DNA of 64,000 bases, taken from assembly GCA_010909165.1 (NCBI GenBank), contig MU008166.1:1054001-1118000 (forward strand). The letters run 5' to 3'. A program made the translations under genes and the position numbers. The DNA comes from Anthoceros angustus (taxonomy: Eukaryota; Plantae; Anthocerotophyta). Positions 37,600 to 49,929 of this stretch are shown one piece after another; the first letter of the stretch is position 1, and each line of letters opens with the position of its first letter. The notes under the pieces are model-generated. The model had not been told where the DNA came from and did no database searches. It saw nothing but the letters and a program-made list of their open reading frames with translations.

Positions 37600-40500
37600 C
37601 TATAGAAAGCAACACACATAGTAGAAGGTGCACTCCAAGTAATCCGTCTACGGGACGTCCAACAAGGCACCAAAAGACACCTTCTCCTCATTGGTTGGAA
37701 GCTGAGATGTTGGTTTTGTAGGCTGTCCGCCGTGATGATTTGGTGTAGATTAATAATGTTTCCTTCTCGAACTGAAGGAAGAAGCAAGTCTAGTATCCCT
37801 TAGATCTTCACTGCACTTCAAGGTGTCCATGAATCGTGAATTATTGTCTTTGAGCAAGGGTAGGAGTCCTTGAACTAGCGGGGACTTCGTTACACTTGAC
37901 CTACGTTTCTTACAAACACTTGCACGCTATTATGGTGATCGGCAGTGTGAGAGCCTGTTGGGGATGCACGAGTACTTGATAAAGGATGAGCAGCATCACC
38001 ATATAACTTGTACTCAAAGGTGTCGTGTACATGCTCGGAGTGTCCATTTGTTGAAAACTCTTCCGCCTGTGTGCCAATACCCACAGATTCTACCATAGTA
38101 CCACCTGGATTACACGCTCTACTCTCCCCTAACCATTCTGCCATGTGCTCATAAACAGCCTTGTTGAATGACTTCGGTAACCTGTTCTAAACTTTCTCTT
38201 GTGGCAACCACCATATTCCAATAAGAAGGCTTGCCATTTGGGATGTTTCTCTCGTAGTCCCAAATCTTCTTGAAGTCTGTGTGCAAGCTCTCAAACTTAT
38301 TCTTGCATTGGCTCGCAGTCTTGAAAACTTGCTGAGCTTTGCAAGCCTCACTGATGGCTTCCCAACGTTACGCAGCAAACTTGGTCTTCTCCCGAATCCC
38401 TCCGTTCAACAAAGTTGGGTAAGGGCTACATCAGTGCTTTATGTGGCATTGGTGATGCCATTCAATCTTTAGGCCAGGATATTGCAAAGGCTTTGAAGAA
38501 GGCAGGATCCACAAACTTTCAATGATGCTTGTTCATGTATCTCAATGCCCTTGGCTTTATTGAATTTCTCAATACATGCATACAAGAAAGGCAGTTCATT
38601 ACTTGCACTTCATTGCGTTCTACCTGCATCATAATGTAGTGTAGGCAAGAACTTTATTTCAAGAACAACATATCATCATGAAGCCTAGATGTGATGTTAT
38701 CATTCTGCAAGAATCAAGATGGATACTCTAGCCTTCTATGTCATCAATGTGATCTTGAGCTCCACAAAAAAACCATAAGGACTTGCTTTTGTGCCTCCCC
38801 TGTATATGCACCGGGATTAATAAAATTTACAGGTTTGCGTACATCTTGCTCACCTTCAGGCTCTAATAATTGAGCCATATGTTTGCGTACATCTTGCTCA
38901 TCTTCAGGCTCTAATAATTGAGCCATCTGTTTGCATACATCTTGCTCATCTTTAGGCTCTAATAATTGAGCCATCTGTTTGCGTACAGCTTGCTCATCTT
39001 CAGGCTCTAATAATTGAGCCATCCGTTTGCGTACATCTTGCTCGTCTTTAAGCGCTAATAATTGAGCCACCTGTTTGCGTACATCTTGCTCATCTTCAGG
39101 CTCTAATAATTGAGCCATCGGTTCCACACCAACATCAATGAGCATGTTGTGCAGAATACAAAAGGCAATGGTCACTTCAAAAGTATTTAAGATTGTCACC
39201 CACATCTTTCGTCCAAGTATGTGGAAAACTCCTTCTAGTTGGCCAAAAGCTTGCTCAATAACCATCTTGGTGGATGATTTCTGGTAGTTGAATCCATCAA
39301 ATTTCTCTTGTAAGCCATAGCTTGGAATTGCTGATATCATCCATAGTAATGTAATATAGCCGGAGTAGCCTATGATGTACTCTCCCTCATTTGTTTCTAA
39401 CAACCAGACACTTGGTCCATTCAAACGATGCCCTGAATTCGCTTGACCATAGAACACATTGTTGGCTAGTATACTTTGATTTGTTAAGCTTCTTTGGCCA
39501 GCCTGTACGGATGTCTAGAAACATTATTGTTGGCCTTTCTATGGTCTGCATGGCCATAGTATATGCCTTATACCTTCCAAACCATGCTAGAGGATCTTCT
39601 CCTACTCTAAGCTCTACATAAAAGTGTGTGACGTCCATAACTCGACAACAATTAGGAAGTCTTCTCTTAGCTTCAAAGCCTTGCTTCACTTTTAACAGCT
39701 CAGCTCTTGTTGGGCAACATAGATGTACATCACATCTGTGAATGATTGCGGTTATGAACCTTCTTACAACCCTGTGCAGTGTCGAAGTGCCTACTCCAAA
39801 GCTCTCACCCAATGAGAGCAATGTACATCCCCTATTGCCAAGCGTACTACTGCAATTCCCACTTGTAATTCAATACACATGACTTCACCTAGGATAGAAT
39901 CAAAGCCATGAGCAGCATCACCATATAACTTGTACTCAAAGGTGTCGTGTACATGCTCGGAGTGTCCATTTGTTGAAAACTCTTCCGCCTTTGTGCCAAT
40001 ACCCACAGATTCTACCATAGTACCACCTGGATTACACGCTCTACTCTCCCCTAACCATTCTGCCATGTGCTCATAAACAGCCTTGTTGAATGACTTGGTA
40101 ACCTGTTCTAAACTTTCTCTTGTGGCAACCACCATATTCCAATAAGAAGGCTTGCCATTTGGGATGTTTCTCTCGTAGTCCCAAATCTTCTTGAAGTGCA
40201 TGTGCAAGCTCTCAAACTTATTCTTGCATTGGCTCATGAGTCTTGAAAACTTGCTGAGCTTTGCAAGCCTCACTGATGGCTTCCCAACGTTACGCAGCAA
40301 ACTTGGTCTTCTCCCGAATCCCTCCGTTCAACAAAGTTGGGTAAGGGCTACATCAGTGCTTTATGTGGCATTGGTGATGCCATTCAATCTTTAGGCCAGG
40401 ATATTGCAAAGGCTTTGAAGAAGGCAGGATCCACAAACTTTCAATGATGCTTGTTCATGTATCTCAATGCCCTTGGCTTTATTGAATTTCTCAATACATG

Positions 40501-41960
40501 CATACAAGAAAGGCAGTTCATTACTTGCACTTCATTGCGTTCTACCTGCATCATAATGTAGTGTAGGCAAGAACTTTATTTCAAGAACAACATATCATCA
40601 TGAAGCCTAGATGTGATGTTATCATTCAAGAATCAAGATGGATACTCTAGCCTTCTATGTCATCAATGTGATCTTGAGCTCCACAAAAAAACCATAAGGA
40701 CTTGCTTTTGTGCCTCCCATATATGCAGGATTAATAAAATTCTGAGGTTTGCGTACATCTTGCTCACCTTGAGCTCTAATAATTGAGCCATATGTTTGCG
40801 TACATCTTGCTCATCTTGAGGCTCTAATAATTGAGCCATATGTTTGCGTACATCTTGCTCATCTTTAGGCTCTAATAATTGAGCCATCTGTTGCGTCTGA
40901 CTTGCTCATCTTGAGCTCTAATAATTGAGCCATCCGTTTGCGTACATCTTGCTCGTCTTTAAGCGCTAATAATTGAGCCACCTGTTTGCGTACATCTTGC
41001 TCATCTTCAGGCTCTAATAATTGAGCCATCGGTTCCACACCAACATCAATGAGCATGTTGTGCAGAATACAAAAGGCAATGGTCACTTCAAAGAAGTATT
41101 TAAGATTGTCACCCCTGTCTTTCGTCCAAGTATGTGGAAAACTCCTTCTAGTTGGCCAAAAGCTTGCTCAATAACCATGCGGGTGGATGATTTCTGGTAG
41201 TTGAATCCATCAAATTTCTCTTGTAAGCCATAGCTTGGAATTGCTGATATCATCCATAGTAATGTAATATAGCCGGAGTAGCCTATGATGTACTCTCCCT
41301 CATTTGTTTCTAACAACCAGACACTTGGTCCATTCAAACGATGCCCTGAATTCGCTTGACCATAGAACACATTGTTGGCTAGTATACTTTGATTTGTTAA
41401 GCTTCTTTGGCCAGCCTGTACGGATGTCTAGAAACATTATTGTTGGCCTTTCTATGGTCTGCATGGCCATAGTATATGCCTTATACCTTCAAACCATGCT
41501 AGAGGATCTTCTCCTACTCTAAGCTCTACATAAAAGTGTGTGGCGTCCATAACTCGACAACAATTAGGAAGTCTTCTCTTAGCTTCAAAGCCTTGCTTCA
41601 CTTTTAACAGCTCAGCTCTTGTTGGGCAACATAGATGTACATCACATCTGTGAATGATTGCGGTTATGAACCTTCTTACAACCCTGTGCAGTGTCGAAGT
41701 GCCTACTCCAAAGCTCTCACCCAATGAGAGCAATGTACATCCCCTATTGCCAAGCGTACTACTGCAATTCCCACTTGTAATTCAATACACATGACTTCAC
41801 CTAGGATAGAATCAAAGCCATGAACAGCAATTCGAGATAAATCTTCACGCACAAGGCTACAAAAGTACTAAAAACTGGGCCAAGAGAAGCACCTTGGTTT
41901 CATGTACTATAGGCCACACTTTCTCCCATGAAGGAATCTCCTTCACAGTTTTGTGAAATG
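37600..41960 (-). mobile_element. PIF/Harbinger DNA transposon (transposase plus Myb/SANT-trihelix ORF) with an internal 1.92 kb tandem duplication
   Basis: Transposase: GESFGVGTSTL, LPNCCRVMD.TH, FLDIRTGWP, YIIGYSGY, FNYQKSST.MVIEQAFGQL..FHIL, CILHNM (39900-38744 and 41960-40663). Second ORF: RWEAISEAC..QCKNKFESL..FKKIWDYE..SYWNM. Duplication junction ATGA(A/G)CAGCA at about 39908. Confidence 0.9.
38832..39120 (-). repeat. Six 48 bp coding tandem repeats (MAQLLEPEDEQDVRKQ) at the transposase C-terminus; second copy at about 40745-41030
   Basis: In-frame 16 aa repeat visible in ORF 38744-39457. Confidence 0.95.
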
Positions 41961-42081
41961 GCCATATTCTATATCATTGCCTAGTTGGGATAACAAAACT
42001 AGAGTCATACACTGATGAAATTTGCTATAGTTTTATTATCGCAGCTAGGCAATGATATAAAATATGGCCATTTCACAAAAA
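41948..42081. repeat. Inverted repeat (about 55 bp arms) in the Harbinger subterminal region
   Basis: 'ttttgtgaaatggccatatt.tatatcattgcctag.tg.gataa.aaaacta' versus its reverse complement 'tagttttattatcgcagctaggcaatgatataaaatatggccatttcacaaaa'. Confidence 0.85.
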
Positions 42082-42130
42082 TATAGTTTTGGATAACCGA
42101 CTATATTTTGCTAACTATACTTTGCTATTC

Positions 42131-42300
42131 GTCGTGATTAAGCATTCTGAGCTTAGATCAGTACTTAGATGGGGTGCCTAAAGGGAGTGGATGCCCTTGG
42201 TGCAAGTAGCTTAGGCACACTATGGTACAAGTTGTTAAGTACCAAGTCCCATGACGGAAATCCGTCCTTAGTGGACTCAAATAAAATTCTTCTTCTTCTT
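42131..42300 (+). mobile_element. 5S rRNA-derived SINE-like repeat, copy 2, 5'-truncated, with (TTC)n tail and CTATTC target-site duplication
   Basis: 'attaagc...cagtacttagatggggtgcc...gggag' resembles the 5S A/C boxes. CTATTC lies at 42125-42130 and 42301-42306, and an empty-site paralog 'tttgctattcatacact' is at about 42437. Confidence 0.7.
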
Positions 42301-42849
42301 CTATTCATACACTGATGAAATTCCAAACTAGCTTGCAATAGTTTTTAAATAAAACTAGTCTTATTAGTCACTAATAAATTAGTTTCTAAATAAAACTATA
42401 ATTTAACATATTAAAACTATAGTTTATCCAAATTAGTTTGCTATTCATACACTATGAAATTCCAAAGATCATGAATGACAGCCATGATTGCTACCATGAC
42501 CGTATGAATGGCTTCGGCAAGATGGGGCTCCATGGCAAAGCTCTTTCATGGAAGCCGGTGTGGGTGGAAAGTCCTTGATGTTGCCCGTGAGCTGGACGCC
42601 AATGCGACAGGCCTCCAACGGACGGGCTCCAAGTAATGTAGATAAAAGGAAAAGATAAAATTCTAAGATAAATGAAAATATGTTATATAATAAGATAAAT
42701 TAAAATATGGTTGTGGCCACGTCAAGCCGGGTTATCCTTTTTCTATGCACGGCCCTTCATTGAAAATGGAAGGGCAGATGCCGGGATACCGCAACATGGT
42801 TGTGGCCACGTCAAGCGCCTCGTATGTCAGGTATTGGTCAATACCTGGC

Positions 42850-44730
42850 AGGCCGTACAGGTGCATGATCGGATGCGCAGGTCTGGTGTGAAGCCTGATG
42901 ATCATGTGTTTGTGGCAGCCCTTCAGGCGTGTGCAGGGGGATCGGACTTGAGAACTGGGCAGCAGGTGCATGACGATGTGTTGGCTAGTAGCGTTGAGCC
43001 TGGGTTGTTCGTTTGTAGTTTCTTGGTGGACAAGTATTCGAAATGTGGCAGCTTGGACCCGAGGTGTCTTTGATGGAAAGGATGTGGTCACGTGGAATGC
43101 CATGGTACGAGGGTATTCCCAGCATGGCATTGGGCAGGAAGTCCTTCGTCTGTACATGGCTATGGAAGATGAAGGCATTGTTGCACCGAATGCGGTGACT
43201 TTTATGTGCCTCCTGCAGGCATGTGCAAGTTTGCGTGCCCAGGCGTTGGAGATGGGGAAGAGGCTCCATGCGCAGATTAGAGAACGAGGGCACCAAGCTG
43301 ATGTCTCCGTGGGCACCAATTTGGCGAACATGTATGCAAAGAGTACCTGATTCTGTGACATTTGTGTGTCTCTTGCAGGCATGTGCAAGTTTGGGCGTCC
43401 TGGCCTTGGAGACAAGAGAAGCAGCTTCATAGATAGATTAGAGGACATCAGACTCATGTTTTTGTAGCCAATAGTTTAGTTACCATGTATGCAAAGAGTG
43501 GCAGTTTGGAAGATGCTCAACAAGTGTTTGACGGCCTTGGTAAGAAAGATGCAGTGACGTGGATTGCCATGATAGCAGGATATTCTCAGAGGGGCATGGG
43601 GCAAGAAGCGCTTCGTCTTCACACTGTTATGCAAGAAGAGGGGATCGCTGTACCCGATTCTGTGACATTTGTATGCCTCCTGCAGGCATGTGCGAGTGTG
43701 GGAACCCCAGCACTGCAGAAAGGCAAGCAGCTTCATACACAAATCAGAGAACGAGGACTCCAAGAAGAAGTGTTGGTCACGAACAGTTTGGTAAACATGT
43801 ATGCAAAGTGTGGCAGCCTGGAAGACACGGAAAGAGTGTTTGAAGAACTTGGGTACAAAGATGTGGTCACGTGGACTGCCTTCATTGCAGGATATTCCCA
43901 GGGGGGGATGGGCTAGTAGGCCCTTTGTCTTTACAGTGCTATCCACGAAGAAGGCATCACTGTACCTGATTCTGTGACATTTGTGTGCCTCCTGCAGGCA
44001 TGTGCAAATGTGGCAGCTCTGAATCTGGGAAGGCAGCTCCATGCACAGATTGAAGAGCAGGGGCTTCTAGCAGATATGTTTGTAGCAGGCAGTTCGATAA
44101 ACATGCAGGGTAAATCTGGGAGCATAATTGACGCACAGCAGGCGTTTGATGCATTGCCCGAACGAGACGATGTTGTCTGGACTGCACTGATTGCCGGCTA
44201 CACTTGTCAAGGAGACAGTGAAGCGGTCTTCAACTCGCTGCAGAAAATGGAAGACGGTGGCATACAGCCAGTCGGCATTACATTGCTAAGTGTACTATCA
44301 GTATGCAGTCATGCTGGCCTAGTGAACAAGGGGAGAGAGCTGTTCGACAGCATGAGCAGGGACTATGGCATCACTCCGACCATCGAGCTTTACACTTGCA
44401 TGGTGGACCGCCTGAGCCGTGCAGGCAGATTGGATGAGGCACTGACTTTGGTGACTACAATGCCTGTTCTGCCGAATGCAATTGTCTGGCACACCATGTT
44501 GAGTGCTTGCCAGAAGTGGAGCAATGTGGAGGTGGCACGCTTTTCATTCGACCAAGCAGTGGAGTTAGACGAAAACTTGGCCGCAGCATATGTGTTGATG
44601 GCCAACATCTACACTGGTGCTGAGATGTGGGAGCAGGCAGAGGACATGCAGGTCAGGAGAGAAGGAACCAGAGCATGGAATCACGGACATGAACGGACTC
44701 GTGCATAGCTTTTGAGTTGGCGACTCGACA
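42850..44730 (+). pseudogene. PLS-class PPR protein with E1/E2/E+ end, frameshifted and with stops
   Basis: Repeated P/L/S motifs DVVTWNAM..GYSQHG, PDSVTFVCLLQACA, NSLVNMYAKCGSLED; also YTCMVDRLSRAGRLDEA, AAYVLMANIY and E+ 'MNGLVHSF*VGD'. TAG TAG at about 43914-43919 and several frameshifts. Confidence 0.9.
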
Positions 44731-45357
44731 AGTGAGAATGAACCTGTCTTTCACAAAACGAAGAAAGGAAAAAGGTATCAGAGACATCTCAAATCAGTCA
44801 CCAGGGCGCCGTGCGGGCCACAGCAAGACGCCGGCTGTATAACAGGCTCTAAACTTTATTTACTCCACAACTCTGATATTCTGTGACAAACCTACTATAT
44901 GCACGCTCTGCGGTGAGCATTTCGAACGTAGCAGATCTGTCTGCTCAAGATCTGGGCGTACTAACATGTTCCCAAAGAGGTGTGTATGTTCTTACATAGT
45001 AGAATATATATATCCTGCCAGCGGAAGATACAGTCCTTACCACAACTCTTTGGGAACATGCTTGTCCGTACACCCAGATATTGAGCAAACAGATCTATAT
45101 GCCTGCTTTGGAAATGCTCACCGTAGAGCGTGTTGCTCAAATCTGCATGCCTTTTGAAATGCTCACCGCAGAGCGCGGATATCGTAGGTTTGTCGTAGAA
45201 GATCAAAGTCGTAGAGTAACTCAATGTCGTTTAGAGCATGTACAACTGGCTTCTCGTTGTGACCCGCACGGCGCCCTGGGGAATGCTTCGAGATGCCTCT
45301 GATATCTTTTTCGGTTCTTCATTTTGTGAAAGAAAGGGTTCATTCTTACTTGTCAAG
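44724..45357. repeat. Long imperfect inverted repeat (foldback), arms about 250-310 bp
   Basis: The reverse complement of 44724-44980 aligns by eye to 45045-45357, e.g. 'ccagggcgccgtgcggg'/'cccgcacggcgccctgg', 'gacaaacctac'/'gtaggtttgtc', 'catgttcccaaagag'/'ctctttgggaacatg'. Confidence 0.85.
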
Positions 45358-46070
45358 GAGACAGTGAAGCGGTCTTCAACTCGCTGCAGAAAATGGAAGA
45401 CGGTGGCATACAGCCAGTCGGCATTACATTGCTAAGTGTACTATCAGTATGCAGTCATGCTGGCCTAGTGAACAAGGGGAGAGAGCTGTTCGACAGCATG
45501 AGCAGGGACTATGGCATCACTCCGACCATCGAGCTTTACACTTGCATGGTGGACCGCCTGAGCCGTGCAGGCAGATTGGATGAGGCACTGACTTTGGTGA
45601 CTACAATGCCTGTTCTGCCGAATGCAATTGTCTGGCACACCATGTTGAGTGCTTGCCAGAAGTGGAGCAATGTGGAGGTGGCACGCTTTTCATTCGACCA
45701 AGCAGTGGAGTTAGACGAAAACTTGGCCGCAGCATATGTGTTGATGGCCAACATCTACACTGGTGCTGAGATGTGGGAGCAGGCAGAGGACATGCAGGTC
45801 AGAGAGAAGGAACCAGAGCATGGAATCACGGACATGAACGGACTCGTGCATAGCTTTTGAGTTGGCGACTCGACAAGTGAGAATGAACCTGTCTTTCACA
45901 AAACGAAGAAAGGAAAAAGGTATCAGAGACATCTCAAATCAGTCACCAGGGCGCCGTGCGGGCCACAGCAAGACGCCGGCTGTATAACAGGCTCTAAACT
46001 TTATTTACTCCACAACTCTGATATTCTGTGACAAACCTACTATATGCACGCTCTGTGGTGAGCCTTTCGA
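45348..46070 (+). pseudogene. Duplicated 3' part of the PPR gene (copy of about 44201-44925)
   Basis: Near-identical sequence starting at the microhomology ACTTGTCAAG. ORF 45393-45860 repeats the end of ORF 43974-44708. Confidence 0.9.
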
Positions 46071-46335
46071 CGTTAGGTATCCGGACCTTCTCAAATATGA
46101 CCGGTATCTCCAGGAATCTTTAAACAGATTCTGTATCTGGGTGTAGTAACAAGCATCTTTCAACAGATTCTGTAAGTTCCCGAGATCAGAGAGAGGGTTA
46201 GGGTCTAAATATGTTGTATGTACACACAGTAGATTCTCTGGATCATAAAGCCTTTGGTTTATGAATTATCTGCCCTAGACGATAGAGTCATTTGTGGGCA
46301 ACTTATAAGGTGCGCTAGCGATCTCGTCCGTAGCC

Positions 46336-46779
46336 ATGGCAGCACCACCTGCGACAGTGGAGTCAGTGCAGTGTTTCGGGCGGAAGAAAACAGCTGTGGC
46401 CGTTACCTACTGCAAGCGGGGGCGCGGGTTGATTAAGATCAATGGGTGCCCGATCGAGCTGGTGGAGCCCGAAATTTTGCGGTACAAGGCCTTTGAGCCT
46501 ATCCTATTGCTCGGGCGCCAGCGTTTTGCTGAGGTTGATATGAGGATCCGGGTGAGAGGCGGAGGGCACACCTCGCAGATTTACGCCATCCGGCAGAGCA
46601 TCGCGAAGGCCCTGGTGGCCTACTTCCAAAAGTATGTGGACGAGCAGTCCAAGCAGGAGATCAAGGACATCCTCGTCCGGTACGACAGGACTTTGCTGGT
46701 GGCTGATCCCCGGCGCTGCGAGCCTAAGAAGTTTGGAGGTCGTGGTGCCCGAGCCCGTTTCCAGAAGTCCTACCGTTAG
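46336..46779 (+). CDS. RPS16: Cytosolic 40S ribosomal protein S16 (uS9)
   Basis: 147 aa: [28 protein letters not shown]...[24 protein letters not shown]...[24 protein letters not shown]. Telo-box-like GGGTTAGGGT at about 46195. Confidence 0.98.
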   Translation: MAAPPATVESVQCFGRKKTAVAVTYCKRGRGLIKINGCPIELVEPEILRYKAFEPILLLGRQRFAEVDMRIRVRGGGHTSQIYAIRQSIAKALVAYFQKYVDEQSKQEIKDILVRYDRTLLVADPRRCEPKKFGGRGARARFQKSYR

Positions 46780-48211
46780 GCAAGTTCTCGGGGAGTTTGG
46801 AGCGCACACGGCGTCTGGACAGCAATTTTGTGAGGAGCTCCGGCCGGGTCCAGTCGTGCGGGCGCCCATCCTAGATGTCTCAATTTGTGTTGAACGAGGA
46901 GTCTCAAAGACCGTTGAACTTTGACTAATGCGAAAGTTCTGGCATCAATTTCTGTCTGAACTATTTCCGTTTTTCAGATGGTACAGAGTAGTCCGCCATA
47001 TTGTATTGGTTTTGACCCGTGGTTGCAGATGTTACGGAATAATCGCTGCTTCTTTCCTCCTAGAGGTTGTTGTTTTCTGGCTGGGCAACTTATGGCGTGC
47101 CGTCCAGCTGATTGCGACTGTTTTTAGGTGACTTATGGCTCGCCTTCCGGCTGAATGTGACTGTTTTGTGGGCTGTGCTCGTTGTGGCAATTTTTAGGTT
47201 GGGTACTGCTTTACTACATGTTTTTTGTATATCTGGTGTCGAAGACCGAAATGCGACTGACAGCTTAGGCCTATGCCTGTTGTTGAGTGCACTGAGTTAC
47301 GCAAACTACCATGTGTGTACATTCTTCGTTGTCTTACTAGTTCGGCAACCTGTGTCGGGGACTCAGGTTTTGAGTGTGCAAACCAGGATTCAAAACTGAT
47401 AGCCACCCGTCTCCTCGTGTCGGACGGCTTACTAGTATCTTGAACAGGAATGTGGTCCTTTTAGCCCTCAGTTTAATACCCACAGCACAGGGTTACGAAG
47501 ACTATTGCTGGGCTACATCTGTCAACTTGTAAATGCGTCAGTCATCCCCAACGTAAGTGCATCCTTTTCCTTGCCTAGTAGTAGGATTGGGCAATGATAA
47601 AAGGCATTCAGAGATTACTGCGATAGCTAAATTTTGCGTAATGAAAGCATGCTTTGCTCTTTCGCTGGAGTCAATTGTATGAACGGTGCTCAGTATGGTT
47701 TCGTCTGTAAGTCAAGTCCATCAGGTTTGCACAGAAAACATTGGCCTTGATGATACTTTTCGATTCATTTGGATTTGTCAGACTATGCCTTTCTTTACAG
47801 TCATGGGTTGGTTGCTGATCTCCCATGGCTCTGGCATCAGCTAGGATCTCTGACAAGTGGGATTTGAGCTTAACTACGGAGCAACTTTGGTATTTTGCTG
47901 TTCTGGGAAGAACGATTTAGTTTTGATGGTTTGAGCTGTTACTCCTGTCAACTGGGCCTAGCTTACTGCTGGTATGAAGCTACTGATAATGTGAGCTAAC
48001 TTAATGTCTTTGTCTGTGGGGTCTATACTGACCTGCAGTCCCGTGTGTGCAACTTTTGTAATAGCCAAATCGCAATATGTTGAATGGAGGACGTGCCAAA
48101 GTAACCAGCAATGGATGGGTTAATTTTTCTTTGATACCCAGTGCTTTAGTTGCCTTGACACATTAAGACACTTAGTTAAGGCGGCATGGGTGTTCAGGTG
48201 GAATACCAGGC

Positions 48212-48378
48212 TTCCAAGGAGCAGTGAAGTTAGACAAGGAAGATGCGGCAGCATATGTGTTGATGTCCAATATCTACACTAATTCCCAGATGCGCGAACA
48301 GGCACACGAGATGCAGGATCGAAGAGCAAAACAATTAAGGCGTGGAAACAGCCAGGTCAGAGCTGGTGGACAGACATT
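48212..48378 (+). pseudogene. Isolated PPR E2/PG-box fragment
   Basis: AVKLDKEDAAAYVLMSNIY, then frameshifted KAWKQPGQSWWTD. Confidence 0.75.
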
Positions 48379-48959
48379 ATCCCAGGATGCAGGGGCCTAT
48401 TTTCCTTAAATAACCGCTCTTTTTCAATAATCAATTACAGAAAATCGCCTTGGCCTGCTTTCTGCTTGACATTTAGCAGCATCGATTCATCGACTAGGCT
48501 ACAGACCCATGTCGACTGGCAAGGGCATCTTTGCCCGCTTTGGAAGTTTCACGCATCAGGACGCTGAGCAAACTTGAGGGCTGAAGTATAGCATCATAAT
48601 CTGGGGCAAGGCATTTTTGCTCGGTTCGGAAGTTTCACACATCGGGGCGTTGAGCAAACTTGAGGGATGAAGCATAACTCCACATCGGCTTGCTCGCAAA
48701 AATTTGGGCAGTTTCCATGATCAGAGGGTCAAAGAATTTTCCAAAGAGGAAAATCAGCTCCAAAACACAAAGTTCACAGCTTATATATGTGATAAAATCT
48801 ACCTGCCCTACCGGCCTTCCGCCTGCACCCGGTCCTATCGCCGCCTGTGCCCAGGTGCCGGCCCTGATGACTTGCGAACCGTCTGGCCATCGGCTGCACA
48901 CGGTCTGCATTGTCTGCATTATTGGCTGCATTGCTCTAGTTACTTGCAAGATATAAACT

Positions 48960-49150
48960 TTGTATAACTAGGATAACAAGTTCCATAATATTTTTTTAGT
49001 AACTAGGATAACATAATATTCCACAAACTTTCTAGTAACTAGGATGGCATGTTTCACTACCCTAGCAATTGAAATAGACATGTTCCATTCACCTATAATT
49101 AAGATAAATTATTTTATATCCCTGACAATTAGGATGTCATGTTTTACAAA
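48960..49150 (+). repeat. Degenerate tandem repeats of about 33 bp
   Basis: 'ctagtaactaggataacatgttcca'-like unit about six times. Confidence 0.7.
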
Positions 49151-49929
49151 CTCTTCCAGCGTAAAGTCGCGGCCTCGTCTGGGGCCTCGACACGCTACCT
49201 CGGTTTTTTTGGGGGCCTAGAGGATAGATTTCTAGAGAGAGAATTGACCATTTGGTCATTTTATTTACTCAATATAGTAAAATCCATTACAACAGAGTAA
49301 AAAACATGGCATGTCAGGTGAAATGCATCCACCATAGCTGTTGAAACCATGGCAGCAGGTGGAAAAAAATTAACTCCAAGCGAATACCAGGTACATCTAG
49401 ATGAAAGCTCATCCTAGAATCCCACCAAATCGCTAAATCTGGCAGTAAAACATATTCAGTTAAACACCATTCATGCGGATCCAGGATATACAAAAAATCA
49501 ACAAAGAAACCTTTTCTTTGTTGAGTTTCCTGTATATCCAGAATAGCATGAAAGACAAATTAAAACAATATAGAGTAAATACCCGGATAGATTGATCCCC
49601 GTTACTGCCACAATGAGACCTACATAAAAATGTAAATTAAGTGAGTAATAGCAAAACAAAAATATAAAGCAATAACCAAAGTTACTTCAGAAATCATACT
49701 GGCCTTATTTCGGAAAATTCACTGTACAATTGTACAAGTTAAAAATGTAATTTTCACGTCCAGATGGTTTTATAGGCACAACTTGCCCAACATTATCATA
49801 GCTCGCTAGAACTTGCTGAAGTTCAGGACTTCGAAAAAATTCATCATTTTCCTGTAAAACAACCTGCCCAATCACAAACATTAATTTTCACTCGTACAAT
49901 TAATTAAGGGAGTGTAACAACACTTACAG

